A stretch of DNA of 50,171 nucleotides, from assembly GCA_025355005.1 (NCBI GenBank), contig JANXLV010000011.1, forward strand, positions 1 to 50,171, in the 5' to 3' direction. This document shows, one piece after another, positions 35,751 through 45,339 of this stretch. The notes beneath the pieces were generated by a model. It had not been told where the DNA came from. It worked only from the letters and a program-made list of their open reading frames with translations, and did no database searches. The position numbers and the translations under genes are program-made. The DNA comes from Myxococcales bacterium. GTDB taxonomy: Bacteria > Myxococcota_A > Polyangia > Polyangiales > Polyangiaceae. Position 1 is the first letter of the stretch; every line of letters begins with the position of its first letter.

Positions 35751-37390
35751 AAAATATAGAAGAGGGCGAGCTGCGCGCGGTGGTTCACCGCGTTCTTGCC
35801 GTCACTGTAGTGGTCGTGCGTGTTCGCGTACTCGGCTGCGGTGCGCACGGCCGGCGTGATGTCCACGAACAGGTTCACGTCGAACCAGTCGAGGTCCGAG
35901 CGGACCTTCGCGGGCGGGCCGAACCGCTGGATGTTCGAAGAGGTCATGCGGCTGTAGTTGCCGCTGACCCACACGTGGCCATCCATCACGGGCAGGTAGT
36001 ACTGCACGCCGACGAGCCAGCTGGTCCACTGGATGGAGTGCAGCGCGCCGCTCCCGTCGTACTGCACGATGCCCGGGTCGATGTCCGCTGAATACACGGG
36101 CGCTGGCGTCAGGTTGGTCGGGTTCGGCAGCGCGGGGTACGCCGTGCCGGCAGCGCCGAGCCCCGTGTAGAGATCACTCGTGCCGTACCCGTTCGCGTAC
36201 TCCGCGTTCAGCGAGAGGGAGTTGCCCATCTTGCCCTTGTCGCCGGGGATGACTGGCAGGAAGCCGTCCACTGCGATCGCCGTCGCGAGCTTCTGCTTCA
36301 CGTCCTTCGGCGCCGCCGAGAGCTCCGGCATGCGCACCTGGCGCGCGTCACCCGTGACGGCGATGGACGCCGGCTGGATGATCGTGTTGGTCGAGCCGAA
36401 CGTCCCCGGCCCCGTCCACTTGTCGTATGCGAATCGGATTCCAGCTTGCCCCTCCGGCACCGCGGAGTCGCGCTGCGGGGGCCGCATGCCCGCGACCGCC
36501 GCCTCGAACGTGAACGACCTGGTCTTGATGGTCTTCGACAGACGCAGCTGCACGTTCCGGTTGTAGAGCTCGCCCGGCACGCCTTGCGGCTGGACGGTGT
36601 TCGGGTGGTACGTCGCGCCCCAGCCGAAGAGCGCCCAGTACTGACCCATGAGGATGTCGACGTACGGCGTCTCCACCTTCACGTTCGCGTGACGCGCACG
36701 GAAGGTCGGGTTGGTGAAGAACGAACCCTCCGTGCCGTTGTACGCGGCGGATGCGGTTCCAAGCGGCGCGATCGGCGGCTGGTTGCCGAAGAAGTCCATC
36801 TCGAGCTGCATGCTCGCGCGGATGCCGTGGTACTCCGGCGCCTTCGAGCGGACGCCGAAGCGCGTGTTGCGGATCGACATCTGCGCGCGGTCGTGGTCGC
36901 CCTGGTACGTGCCCGCCCTGGCGATCTGCGTCTGGCCCTGGACCTCGTTGTAGCTCTGTGAGGTGTCGTAGATGCCATCGGCCTCGACGAACCCGTAGAG
37001 CGTCGTCGCGAACTTGCCGACGACCAGCGTGCTCGAGTCCGCCGCTCGTGCGCCGTTCGACTGGGAGATCTCCTTCACCGCCGACTCGTACTCGGCGTCC
37101 GTGATCATGCCCTTCTCGCGCATGATCCGGAGCGTGGTGAGCTCCGCGAACGGCTTCACGTCCGCCTTCGGCTCCTCCGCCTTCGGTGGGTCGACCCTTG
37201 GCTCCTCCGTCTTCGGTGGCTCGGCCTTCGGTGGCTCTGGCGTGGTGGGCGGCTCGGGCGCGGCGGGGGCCGTCTCGGGCTTCGCATCGTCGGCGAGGGC
37301 GGCGCCTTCGAGCGTCAGGACGCCAAGCGCGAGGAAGAGGGAGCTTATCGTGGGCAACCTGAACGACAACCTTCTGGATGAGTTCCTCAT
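35747..37390 (-). CDS. Outer-membrane porin-like beta-barrel protein with Pro/Glu/Lys-rich N-terminal linker
   Basis: Start moved to MRNSSRRLSFRLPTISSLFLALGVLTLEGAALA (signal peptide). PEPPKAEPPK repeats. C-terminal 430 aa is beta-rich and ends ...LALFYIF. Confidence 0.6.
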   Translation of the reverse strand: MRNSSRRLSFRLPTISSLFLALGVLTLEGAALADDAKPETAPAAPEPPTTPEPPKAEPPKTEEPRVDPPKAEEPKADVKPFAELTTLRIMREKGMITDAEYESAVKEISQSNGARAADSSTLVVGKFATTLYGFVEADGIYDTSQSYNEVQGQTQIARAGTYQGDHDRAQMSIRNTRFGVRSKAPEYHGIRASMQLEMDFFGNQPPIAPLGTASAAYNGTEGSFFTNPTFRARHANVKVETPYVDILMGQYWALFGWGATYHPNTVQPQGVPGELYNRNVQLRLSKTIKTRSFTFEAAVAGMRPPQRDSAVPEGQAGIRFAYDKWTGPGTFGSTNTIIQPASIAVTGDARQVRMPELSAAPKDVKQKLATAIAVDGFLPVIPGDKGKMGNSLSLNAEYANGYGTSDLYTGLGAAGTAYPALPNPTNLTPAPVYSADIDPGIVQYDGSGALHSIQWTSWLVGVQYYLPVMDGHVWVSGNYSRMTSSNIQRFGPPAKVRSDLDWFDVNLFVDITPAVRTAAEYANTHDHYSDGKNAVNHRAQLALFYIF

Positions 37391-37489
37391 GCGGCGCGAG
37401 GCTAGCCGGCCCGGGGTGAAGACTGAACAAATAGTAGGTGCCACCGGGGTGCCAACGGGGATGACGGCCCCGGTAGTGGGCGGGCGTGC

Positions 37490-37518
37490 TTGACAGCGCC
37501 GCGGGTTTTCGCCATAAC
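37490..37518 (+). promoter_or_regulatory. Candidate sigma70-type promoter for rpmI-rplT: TTGACA, 17 nt spacer, CATAAC
   Basis: Exact -35 hexamer, 17-nt spacer and a 4/6 match at -10. About 75 nt upstream of the rpmI ATG, which has an AGGAG RBS. Sequence-only call. Confidence 0.4.
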
Positions 37519-37597
37519 CCTCGGCCCCGCATCTACTCAGGCATCAAACCGCTCCATTCCTTGGCGCGGCCTGCTCGGAGCGGTCAGGAGCACGACA

Positions 37598-37795
37598 ATG
37601 CCCAAGATGAAGACCAGAAAGTCCGCCGCGAAGCGATATCGCATCAGCGGTTCCGGACGCGTGCGTCGCCCCAAGTGCGGTGGCAACCACGGCATGCAGG
37701 AGAAGTCGCGCAAGCGTCTTCGCCGCCTTCGCAACAACGACATGGTCCACAAGACCATGCAGAAGCATGTAAAGCGCATGCTTCCCTACGGCTGA
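37598..37795 (+). CDS. rpmI: 50S ribosomal protein L35
   Basis: MPKMKTRKSAAKRYRISGSGRVRRPK... matches the canonical L35 sequence. Internal ATG of ORF 37490..37795. Confidence 0.9.
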   Translation: MPKMKTRKSAAKRYRISGSGRVRRPKCGGNHGMQEKSRKRLRRLRNNDMVHKTMQKHVKRMLPYG

Positions 37796-37813
37796 AAGCG
37801 AAAGGACCAGAAC

Positions 37814-38185
37814 ATGCCCCGCGCAAAACGAGGATTCAAGGCCCGTCGCCGTCGTAACCGCATCCTGAAGCACGCTTCGGGTTTCCACAGCGCGCGCTCG
37901 CGCCTCTTCGCGTACGCGAAGGAAGTCGTGATGAAGGCGTGGGTCTATGCCTACGCTCACCGCAAGCGCAAGAAGCGCGATTTTCGTCGCCTCTGGATCG
38001 CACGCATCAACGCAGCAGCGCGTGCGAACGGCACGACGTACTCGCGCCTCATGCACGGCCTGAAGAACTCGAAGATCGCCCTCGATCGCAAGGTCCTCTC
38101 GGACATCGCGATCCAGGATCCGAACGGCTTCACGCAGGTCGTGAAGGCCTCCGGCGCCACCAAGCCCGGCGGCGCTACCGCGTAG
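37814..38185 (+). CDS. rplT: 50S ribosomal protein L20
   Basis: [37 protein letters not shown]... matches the canonical L20 sequence. Confidence 0.95.
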   Translation: MPRAKRGFKARRRRNRILKHASGFHSARSRLFAYAKEVVMKAWVYAYAHRKRKKRDFRRLWIARINAAARANGTTYSRLMHGLKNSKIALDRKVLSDIAIQDPNGFTQVVKASGATKPGGATA

Positions 38186-38228
38186 CTCCGAGAGCCACGG
38201 CGTCACGCTGTCACGACTGGGGCCGGGC

Positions 38229-38266
38229 TCTCGCGAGTCCGGCCCTTCGTCTTTGCGGGGACAGAA
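38229..38266 (+). terminator. GC-rich hairpin (gggccgg/ccggccc stem, 12-nt loop) followed by ttcgtctttg; possible rplT terminator or pheST leader attenuator
   Basis: 7-bp perfect GC stem read from the sequence between rplT and pheS. The U-tract is weak. Confidence 0.35.
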
Positions 38267-38285
38267 GCTGTGGTAAACCCGGCGC

Positions 38286-39353
38286 ATGTCCGAGGCAGAC
38301 GACAAGAAGGCCGAGATCGACCGGGCTCTCTCCGCGCTCTGTGAAAGTTTTCCTGCCCGCTTTCTTGGCGCCGAGACTGAGCAGGCGCTCCGTGACGAGA
38401 ACGCCAAGATCCTCGGCAAGAAGGGCGAGCTCTCCGCGATCTTGAAGGAGCTCGGTCGCGTGGCGCCCGAGGCGCGCAAGGCGATCGGTGAGGCGGCGAA
38501 CGCGGTGAAGGCCAAGGTCGAAGCTGGCTTCGAGGCGCGCCTACGCGAGCTCGCGATGAGGAAGCGCGACGCGGAGCTCAACGCGCGTCCGTTCGATCTC
38601 ACGTTGCCGGCGCGCGTCCCTCTGCCGCGCGGTCATCGTCATCCGATCTCGATCGTGCGCGAGGAGCTCGTCCAGATCTTCCGCAGCATGGGCTTTGCCG
38701 TGTTCGACGGTCCCGACATCGACACGGAGGAGAACAACTTCGGCAAGCTCGGTTACCCGCCGGATCATCCCGCGACCGACATGCAGGACACGTTCTACAC
38801 GGACAAGGGCCACCTGCTCCGCTCGCACACGAGCAACATCCAGATCCGCGCCATGTCCACCATGAAGCCGCCGTTCGCGTTCATTGCGCCGGGAACGGTG
38901 TTCCGTCGCGACGACGACATGACGCACTCGCCGATGTTCCACCAGCTCGAGGCGTTCCTCGTGGACGAGCACGTCACGCTCGCGCACCTGCGCGGTGTCC
39001 TCAGCGAGTTCGCCGCGCGCCTCTTCGGCGACGGCACGCCCGTGCGTCTGCGGCCCAGCTACTTTCCGTTCGTCGAGCCTGGCGCAGAGGTCGACCTTGG
39101 CTGTCCGTTCTGCAAGGACGAGAAGACCGGCAAGCGCCTGGGCTGCGGCGTGTGCAAGCACACCGGCTTCATCGAGATCATGGGCTGCGGCATGATCCAC
39201 CCCACCGTGTTCGAGGCATGCGGCATCGATCCGGAGAAGTACTCCGGCTTCGCGCTGGGTCTCGGCCTCGAGCGCACGGCCATGGTCCGCTACGGCATCC
39301 CCAACCTGCGCATGATGTTCGAGAACGATCCGCGCTTCCTGTCCCAATTCTAG
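38286..39353 (+). CDS. pheS: Phenylalanine--tRNA ligase alpha subunit
   Basis: Class II aaRS motifs (FRSMGF, GYPPDHPATDMQDTFY, FPFVEPGAEVD, GCGMIHP). Confidence 0.95.
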   Translation: MSEADDKKAEIDRALSALCESFPARFLGAETEQALRDENAKILGKKGELSAILKELGRVAPEARKAIGEAANAVKAKVEAGFEARLRELAMRKRDAELNARPFDLTLPARVPLPRGHRHPISIVREELVQIFRSMGFAVFDGPDIDTEENNFGKLGYPPDHPATDMQDTFYTDKGHLLRSHTSNIQIRAMSTMKPPFAFIAPGTVFRRDDDMTHSPMFHQLEAFLVDEHVTLAHLRGVLSEFAARLFGDGTPVRLRPSYFPFVEPGAEVDLGCPFCKDEKTGKRLGCGVCKHTGFIEIMGCGMIHPTVFEACGIDPEKYSGFALGLGLERTAMVRYGIPNLRMMFENDPRFLSQF

Positions 39354-39363
39354 GCCGCTCAAA

Positions 39364-41781
39364 ATGCTTGCATCATACAATTGGTTGAAGGAGCTCTGCC
39401 CGGGCCTCACGCTCTCCGCGAGCGAAGTGGCGGACAAGCTCACTGGCGCGGGCATCGAGGTGGAGGGCCAGAAGCCCTACGGCGCGCCGGACGAGTGCAT
39501 CGTGGTGAAGGTCGTCGCCATGCGTCCGCACCCCACGAAGTCAGGGCTTCGGCTCGTCACCGTGGACACGGGCGCGGCCCAGCAGGAGATCGTGTGTGGC
39601 GCGCCGAACGTGCCGGAGCCGGGCGGGCTCGTGGTGCTCGCGCCGCTGGGCACGCATCTACCGGCGAAGAACATGACGATCGGGAAGCGCGACATCGGCG
39701 GCATCCCGAGCGAGGGCATGCTCTGTAGCGACTCCGAGCTCGGCCTCTCGGAGGAGTCCGACGGCATCATCATCCTGGACCAGGGCAAGCGCGGGCAGCG
39801 CGTCACGGAGGTCGTTCCGAACGACGTCATCTTCGAGATCGGCCTGACCCCGAACCGGCCCGATGGCCTTGGTCACATCGGTCTCGCGCGTGAGCTCGCC
39901 GCGCTCGTCGGCATTCACTGGAAGCCGCCGTTCGTCGTGGAGACCGAAGGGCGCGACACGATCGAGCTGCTCGGCGTGAAGGTCACGATCGAGGACGGCG
40001 TGCGCTGCCCGATCTACGCCGCGGCCGGCGCCATCAACGTGAAGATCGGCCCGTCGCCCGCGTGGGCACGCTACCGCTTGGAGTCGCTGGGCGTTCGCGC
40101 CATCTCCAACGTCGTCGACGTGACGAACCTGGTCATGCTGGAGACCGGGCACCCCATGCACGCGTTCGACTACGATCACGTGCAAGATGCACATATCATC
40201 GTGCGCCGCGCGCGCGAGACGGACGCGATGAAGACGCTCGATGGCGTCACGCGCGAGCTCTCGGAGGACGACCTCTTGATCTGTGACGGTCGCGGCCCCG
40301 TGGCGCTCGCCGGCGTGATGGGCGGCGCGGACAGCGAGATCGGCGACGACACCACGCGTGTGCTCTTCGAGTGCGCATACTTCGACGCGCGCGGCGTACG
40401 CCGAACAGCGCGCCGCCACGGCCTGCACACCGAGTCCAGCCACCGCTTCGAGCGCGGCGTGGACTGGGACGACCACGCGTACGTCCTCGCGCGCGCGGTG
40501 GACCTCACGTCACGCCTGTCGCCCGGCACGAAGCCACTCGCGGGGCACATCGTGGTCCACGGCGAGCCGCTGTCTCGCAAGGTCATCCGGCTCCGTCACG
40601 CGAAGATCCGCGGTCTGCTCGGCGTGGACGTGCCCATGGCGGAGGCGCTGGCAACGCTCACACGCCTTGGCTGCGTCGTGACGTCGTCGTCTGCGGGGAA
40701 CGCCACGGAGGCTGACGTCGAGGCACCTTCGCACCGCCCCGATCTGCTTCGCGAGGTCGACCTCATCGAAGAGGTGATCCGCGTGCGCGGCATCGACACC
40801 GTCCCCGCCGAGCTCCCGGCCGTGCGCCCCACGCGCGACGTGGGCGGACGTGAAGCCGCGTTCTCCCGCGTGCGCGAAGCAGCGGTGTCGCTCGGTCTCT
40901 CCGAGGCGGTGACGTTCGCGTTCACCACCAAGGAGTCGCTGACGAAGCTGCACGCGCCCGCGCCCTCGGTCACTCTGAAGAATCCGCTCTCGGAGCTCCA
41001 GGCCGTCATGCGGACGAGCATGCTCGCCGGGCTCATCGACGCGTTCGGGAATGCGCGCCGCCACGGCGAACGCAGCGCGCGGCTCTTCACCGTGGGTAAC
41101 ACCTACGAGGCGCGGAACAACTCGTCCGAGCTGCGCGAAGCAGCGGACAATCTGCCCGTCGAGACGGCGCGCTTTGCGGCGTTGCTCGCGGGCGATGCCC
41201 CCGCATACCTGAAGAAGCCGCGCCCCGTCGACGTGTGGGACGCGCTCGGCATCGCGGAGGAGATGGTCTTACGGGTCACCGGCACGCGCGCGGACCTCCG
41301 CCGCGACACCTCGTTCGCGCATCTGCACCCGCGTGGATCGGCTGCGATATATGTGCATGATACACTCGTTGGTCGCGTGGGCCCGCTCCACCCGGATGTC
41401 CTCGAGGCATTCGACCTGGGCACCGACGTCATGGTCGTGGAGCTCGACGTGATGCCCCTCGCCAGGGCGCAGGCGGTCCGGTGCGTTCCGCTCCCGCGCT
41501 TCCCGAGGAACACGCGCGACATCGCGCTCGTCGTGTCCGACGACGTCCCCGCAGGCCTCGTGCTCTCCGGCGTGAAGAAGGCGGCCGGCGATCTCTGCGA
41601 GGAGGTCTCGCTCTTTGATCGCTTCACGGGCGACAGCATCCCGAAGGACCACGCGAGCCTCGCGTTCCGGGTCGTCTATCGAAGCAAGGACAAGACGCTG
41701 ACGGACGCGGAGGTGGATGCCGTCCACACCCGCGTCATCTCCGAGGTCAACGCCGCCTATGGGGCGAAGCTCCGAGCCTGA
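39364..41781 (+). CDS. pheT: Phenylalanine--tRNA ligase beta subunit
   Basis: MLASYNWLKEL N-terminal tRNA-binding domain. B3/B4 and FDX-ACB C-terminal domains. 805 aa. Confidence 0.95.
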   Translation: MLASYNWLKELCPGLTLSASEVADKLTGAGIEVEGQKPYGAPDECIVVKVVAMRPHPTKSGLRLVTVDTGAAQQEIVCGAPNVPEPGGLVVLAPLGTHLPAKNMTIGKRDIGGIPSEGMLCSDSELGLSEESDGIIILDQGKRGQRVTEVVPNDVIFEIGLTPNRPDGLGHIGLARELAALVGIHWKPPFVVETEGRDTIELLGVKVTIEDGVRCPIYAAAGAINVKIGPSPAWARYRLESLGVRAISNVVDVTNLVMLETGHPMHAFDYDHVQDAHIIVRRARETDAMKTLDGVTRELSEDDLLICDGRGPVALAGVMGGADSEIGDDTTRVLFECAYFDARGVRRTARRHGLHTESSHRFERGVDWDDHAYVLARAVDLTSRLSPGTKPLAGHIVVHGEPLSRKVIRLRHAKIRGLLGVDVPMAEALATLTRLGCVVTSSSAGNATEADVEAPSHRPDLLREVDLIEEVIRVRGIDTVPAELPAVRPTRDVGGREAAFSRVREAAVSLGLSEAVTFAFTTKESLTKLHAPAPSVTLKNPLSELQAVMRTSMLAGLIDAFGNARRHGERSARLFTVGNTYEARNNSSELREAADNLPVETARFAALLAGDAPAYLKKPRPVDVWDALGIAEEMVLRVTGTRADLRRDTSFAHLHPRGSAAIYVHDTLVGRVGPLHPDVLEAFDLGTDVMVVELDVMPLARAQAVRCVPLPRFPRNTRDIALVVSDDVPAGLVLSGVKKAAGDLCEEVSLFDRFTGDSIPKDHASLAFRVVYRSKDKTLTDAEVDAVHTRVISEVNAAYGAKLRA

Positions 41782-41881
41782 TCTCCTCATGAGCGCCGTC
41801 GCAAATGGTGGGAGCGCTCGCGCTGAGAAGGCCAAGGCGGCGCTCAAGCTGCTCGCGTGACGCGGCATCGCTTCGGATCGG

Positions 41882-43066
41882 TCAGAATGAAAGGACCACT
41901 GGCCCGGGGCTGAAGCTCGGTGTGCCTGTGGGCGCCTTCATGGAGCGAAGCCAGATGCGGCCCACCGCGCCTCCCCCTCCGCCGCTCACGCTTGCGTTGG
42001 TGGTGTCCGCGACGCCGTCGGTCGGTGACACCGCTGCGACGCCCCCGCTTCCGCCATTCGCGCCGCCATCTCCTGCGAGTCCGCCGGGCGCCGCCTTCTG
42101 CGACGTGAGCCCGTCGACTCCCGCCGTAATCCCTGCTCCGCCACCGCCACCGCCGTTCGCGCTGACGTCGGTGCTGATCAGGAACGCCGCGAGCGACTCG
42201 AGGAAGATCGTTCCGCCCGACCCTCCGCCCCCCGCGGAAGCGCCCGTGCCGCCGGAGCCGCCACCACCAGCCGCGCGTAGTGACCCCGCAGGAAGCACGA
42301 GCAGCGACGTCGCGGACGAGAGCTGTAGCGCGCCTCCTCCTCCTCCGCCTTGCACGCAGGCGCTTCCACCTCGCGAGCCGCCGACGAACTGGCCGGCGTC
42401 CTCACCATAGAACATGCCCCCAAAGGCACCGGGCGCTCCGCCACCGTCACCACCAAAGCCCGCGCCCGCGCTCGCGCCTGTGCCGCCGTCGCATGGGCTC
42501 GCGCTGCCGACGCCTCCGCCAACGTCGAGCGCGCCAGGACCCGCCGCGGACGCCTTGCCGGACACGTCGACGGCGCCCTCGACGTCCAGCTCACCGGCCG
42601 ACACGATCGCGAGCGCGCGCGTGCCAGTGACCTTCACTGCCTGCGTGATGTCGAGCGAGAAAACCCAGAGCACCGTCGCGTTCTGCGCGTCCACCACCAT
42701 GAGGTTCGGCGGCGACGAGGTTTGCCGCGCACCGCCCTTCGGACACAGCGTCACGGATGGGTTCGTCGTCGTCGAGCCCGTGTCGACAGCGCAGAGATCG
42801 TCCAGCCGCGCGACCATCACGGGAGGAGTGAGCGACGAGAAATGTGCCGGAAAACCAGCCGGAAGCGCGGGGAACACGAGAGGCACGAGGCCGCCGCCCG
42901 CATCGCCGGGACCACCGCCATCGTTGAAAACGCCATCGCCGTCGAGCAGCGTCACGGCATCACCGCTGGCATCTGCGCCACCATCCGCCGCGTCGCCGGA
43001 GTCACCGCAGCAGAGGAGAGCAAACACCACGAGTGATGCAGCGAGCGCGGTGAGAGCAGATCGCAT
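41882..43066 (-). CDS. Gly-rich secreted lipoprotein of unknown function (C-terminal Phe)
   Basis: Signal peptide with LLCC-G lipobox. GGGGSGGTGASAGGGGSGG-type repeats. Ends VVLSF. Confidence 0.5.
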   Translation of the reverse strand: MRSALTALAASLVVFALLCCGDSGDAADGGADASGDAVTLLDGDGVFNDGGGPGDAGGGLVPLVFPALPAGFPAHFSSLTPPVMVARLDDLCAVDTGSTTTNPSVTLCPKGGARQTSSPPNLMVVDAQNATVLWVFSLDITQAVKVTGTRALAIVSAGELDVEGAVDVSGKASAAGPGALDVGGGVGSASPCDGGTGASAGAGFGGDGGGAPGAFGGMFYGEDAGQFVGGSRGGSACVQGGGGGGALQLSSATSLLVLPAGSLRAAGGGGSGGTGASAGGGGSGGTIFLESLAAFLISTDVSANGGGGGGAGITAGVDGLTSQKAAPGGLAGDGGANGGSGGVAAVSPTDGVADTTNASVSGGGGGAVGRIWLRSMKAPTGTPSFSPGPVVLSF

Positions 43067-43089
43067 GGACGAACTCTAGCACCGAGGCG

Positions 43090-44286
43090 CTACGTGTCTG
43101 CCCTCGCTGCTTCGAGCCTCTTCTCTCCCTTTTCCCGAAATCCAAGACGCGATGACAGCCTCGTAGTTGGCTTGTTTTCGGCCAGATCCGCGACGTGGCG
43201 CGCGAGCGCTGGGGCAAACTTGAACATGTGGCCGCTTCCTCCTGAGGCCACCATCACGCCCGGACGATCCGGGTGATGATCGATGAAGAAGTCCCCATCG
43301 AACGTGTCGCAGTAAAGGCAGAGGCGCGTTCGCACCACGGGTGCATCTGCGGCGGCTGGCATTGCTTCGCGCAGGAACGCGCGGAACTTCGCCTCCATGT
43401 CCGCTGGCACCACACGAGGGCCGCGCGGATCCGAAACGACGCCGCGGCCGTGGTTTGCGATCTTCAGCACGCCCTCGTGGAACGGGAAGCCATAGAAGCC
43501 GCTCTGCGCGATGTCAGCCGCCCATGGCAAGAACGTGGGCGCGGTGAAGAGCGCAGGGTCCTTCGGCGCGAAATGGAAGACGGACTGTCCGACCGGCGTC
43601 ATGCGGTCCGCGAGCTCCGGCAACAGCAGCGGCGTGAAGGCGCCTGCCGCGACGATCAGCGTGCCGAACGCTATCTTCTCGTCTGCCTGGGTCAGCACGA
43701 AACGCGCGTCGCTCGGCTCGCGGAGCGCGCGCAAGGGTGGCGCGAGCGGGGCGAGCGGGCGCACCGACACGCCTTCGCGGATGACCACGCCCTTCGCGAT
43801 CGCCTCCTTCGCGAGCCGTGCGACCAGCTTGCCGCTCTCGGCCCAGCCACCGCGCTCGTTCACGTAGGCCTCATGGTACGCGCCGTCGCGGATGGCCGGG
43901 ATGCGTGCGGCGATCTCCGCGCCGTGAAGCCGCGTCAGCGGATAGTCGCGCTTCGAGAGCAACGAGAAGCTGTCGCCTTCGAAGCTGCCTTCCGCGAGCG
44001 CGGACTTGCACAGGACGAGCAGTCCGGTCTCGTGGAAGAGCGGCTCACCGAACAGCATGTTCCAGGCGCGAAAGCCCTCGAAGCTGTCCTCCATCAGATC
44101 ACTGTAGAATGCATCTTTCGCGTAGTCGGCGCGAACCAGCTTGCTGATGTCCGTTGACGAGGCGTCGGGGTGGGGAAGTGGCCCGGGCTCCAGCACCGTC
44201 ACGCTCGCGCCGCGTTTCCGCAGCTCCAGAGCCGACGCAACGCCAAGGATCCCGCCGCCCACGATCACGATGTCCGAGGTCGCCAC
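43090..44286 (-). CDS. FAD-dependent oxidoreductase (DAO/sarcosine-oxidase-like)
   Basis: N-terminal Rossmann dinucleotide motif DIVIVGGGILGVASALELRKRG. GTG start. 398 aa. Confidence 0.8.
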   Translation of the reverse strand: MATSDIVIVGGGILGVASALELRKRGASVTVLEPGPLPHPDASSTDISKLVRADYAKDAFYSDLMEDSFEGFRAWNMLFGEPLFHETGLLVLCKSALAEGSFEGDSFSLLSKRDYPLTRLHGAEIAARIPAIRDGAYHEAYVNERGGWAESGKLVARLAKEAIAKGVVIREGVSVRPLAPLAPPLRALREPSDARFVLTQADEKIAFGTLIVAAGAFTPLLLPELADRMTPVGQSVFHFAPKDPALFTAPTFLPWAADIAQSGFYGFPFHEGVLKIANHGRGVVSDPRGPRVVPADMEAKFRAFLREAMPAAADAPVVRTRLCLYCDTFDGDFFIDHHPDRPGVMVASGGSGHMFKFAPALARHVADLAENKPTTRLSSRLGFREKGEKRLEAARADT

Positions 44287-44326
44287 GCCACGAATGTAGC
44301 GCCTCTCTCCCCGGTCAGGCAGTCCC

Positions 44327-44866
44327 TCAGGCCAGCTTGGCGCGGAGGAAGGACTTCAGCTTGATGAGCGTCTTGGTGTCGCGCGTGAAGGAGGGGACCT
44401 GATAGCCGTCGGCCCAGGCACCTACCTCGTGCAGGAACGTGGAGCGCATGCTGTCGTCACCGAGGATATCGTCGACGGTGCGGCCGCGCGCGGCGCCCTT
44501 GCGGAGGTTCTTCACGTAGGTCTCGAGCTTTTCGTACACCTCGTCACCGAGGAACGACTTCACGTCAGCGACGTCCTCGCCGAGCTTTCCGAGCGGGCTC
44601 GCCTTCGCCGCGTCGTCGCCCTCACACGCGAGGCTCGCTGCCACGCGCAGCACGAATGCGTCGTCGCAGAAGCCCAGGTCGTCGACGCCGTCGGGGATGA
44701 GGTCGAGCGACTTGAAGATGTAGTTGAGGCCGGCGGCCGCATACTTGCGGGACTCCTCGGAGCCCGCACCGCCCACGACGCCGGCGAGCGCGCGCGCGTC
44801 GTCTCCGAGCGAGCGCAGCCAGTTGGGGAAGATGTCCAGGTACTTGACGTCGACGGTGTCGCTCAT
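44327..44866 (-). CDS. DUF1232 (YkvA-like) domain protein
   Basis: Start moved to MSDTVDVKYL. Motif LNYIFKSLDLIPDGVDDLGFCDD matches the DUF1232 signature (Y.I.P.DLIPD...G..DD). 41 nt upstream of the FAD oxidoreductase gene. Confidence 0.6.
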   Translation of the reverse strand: MSDTVDVKYLDIFPNWLRSLGDDARALAGVVGGAGSEESRKYAAAGLNYIFKSLDLIPDGVDDLGFCDDAFVLRVAASLACEGDDAAKASPLGKLGEDVADVKSFLGDEVYEKLETYVKNLRKGAARGRTVDDILGDDSMRSTFLHEVGAWADGYQVPSFTRDTKTLIKLKSFLRAKLA

Positions 44867-44946
44867 GAGCTCTCCAAATTCGAGCCTCACCCTACCAAGA
44901 CCCCCGGAGGCCCGCAATCTGTGGTTCGCCGTGGTAGAAACGTTGC

Positions 44947-45339
44947 GTGCGGCCGGCGATTCTTCCGATGAACCTGCTCCTGGCCTCTGGCCTCGCGCTA
45001 TTGTGTGTATCCTGCAAGGAACGGCCGCTCACGGACGAGGAGCTGGACGTCGCCCTGCGGAACGCGCGCGTGGGCATCGCCACGGAGTGCCTGAAGCTGG
45101 AGGCCCCCGGAGCGAACCCCGCCCATGAGGTGACCGTCGCGATCTCGATCGACGTGAACGACAGCGGAGAGCCGCGCTACGTGCGCGCGACGTCTGCAGC
45201 GCTCACGCCCAAGGCAGCGACCTGCATCCAGGAGAGCCTCATGCGCATCCGCTTCCGCCAGGGCGGCACGAACGGGCCGCGCACCCGCGAGATGATCGTC
45301 AACATGAAGGACGACCTTCCGCCGTCACTCACCTGGTGA
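44947..45339 (+). CDS. Small lipoprotein of unknown function
   Basis: Signal peptide plus lipobox LLCVSC. 130 aa. Confidence 0.5.
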   Translation: MRPAILPMNLLLASGLALLCVSCKERPLTDEELDVALRNARVGIATECLKLEAPGANPAHEVTVAISIDVNDSGEPRYVRATSAALTPKAATCIQESLMRIRFRQGGTNGPRTREMIVNMKDDLPPSLTW

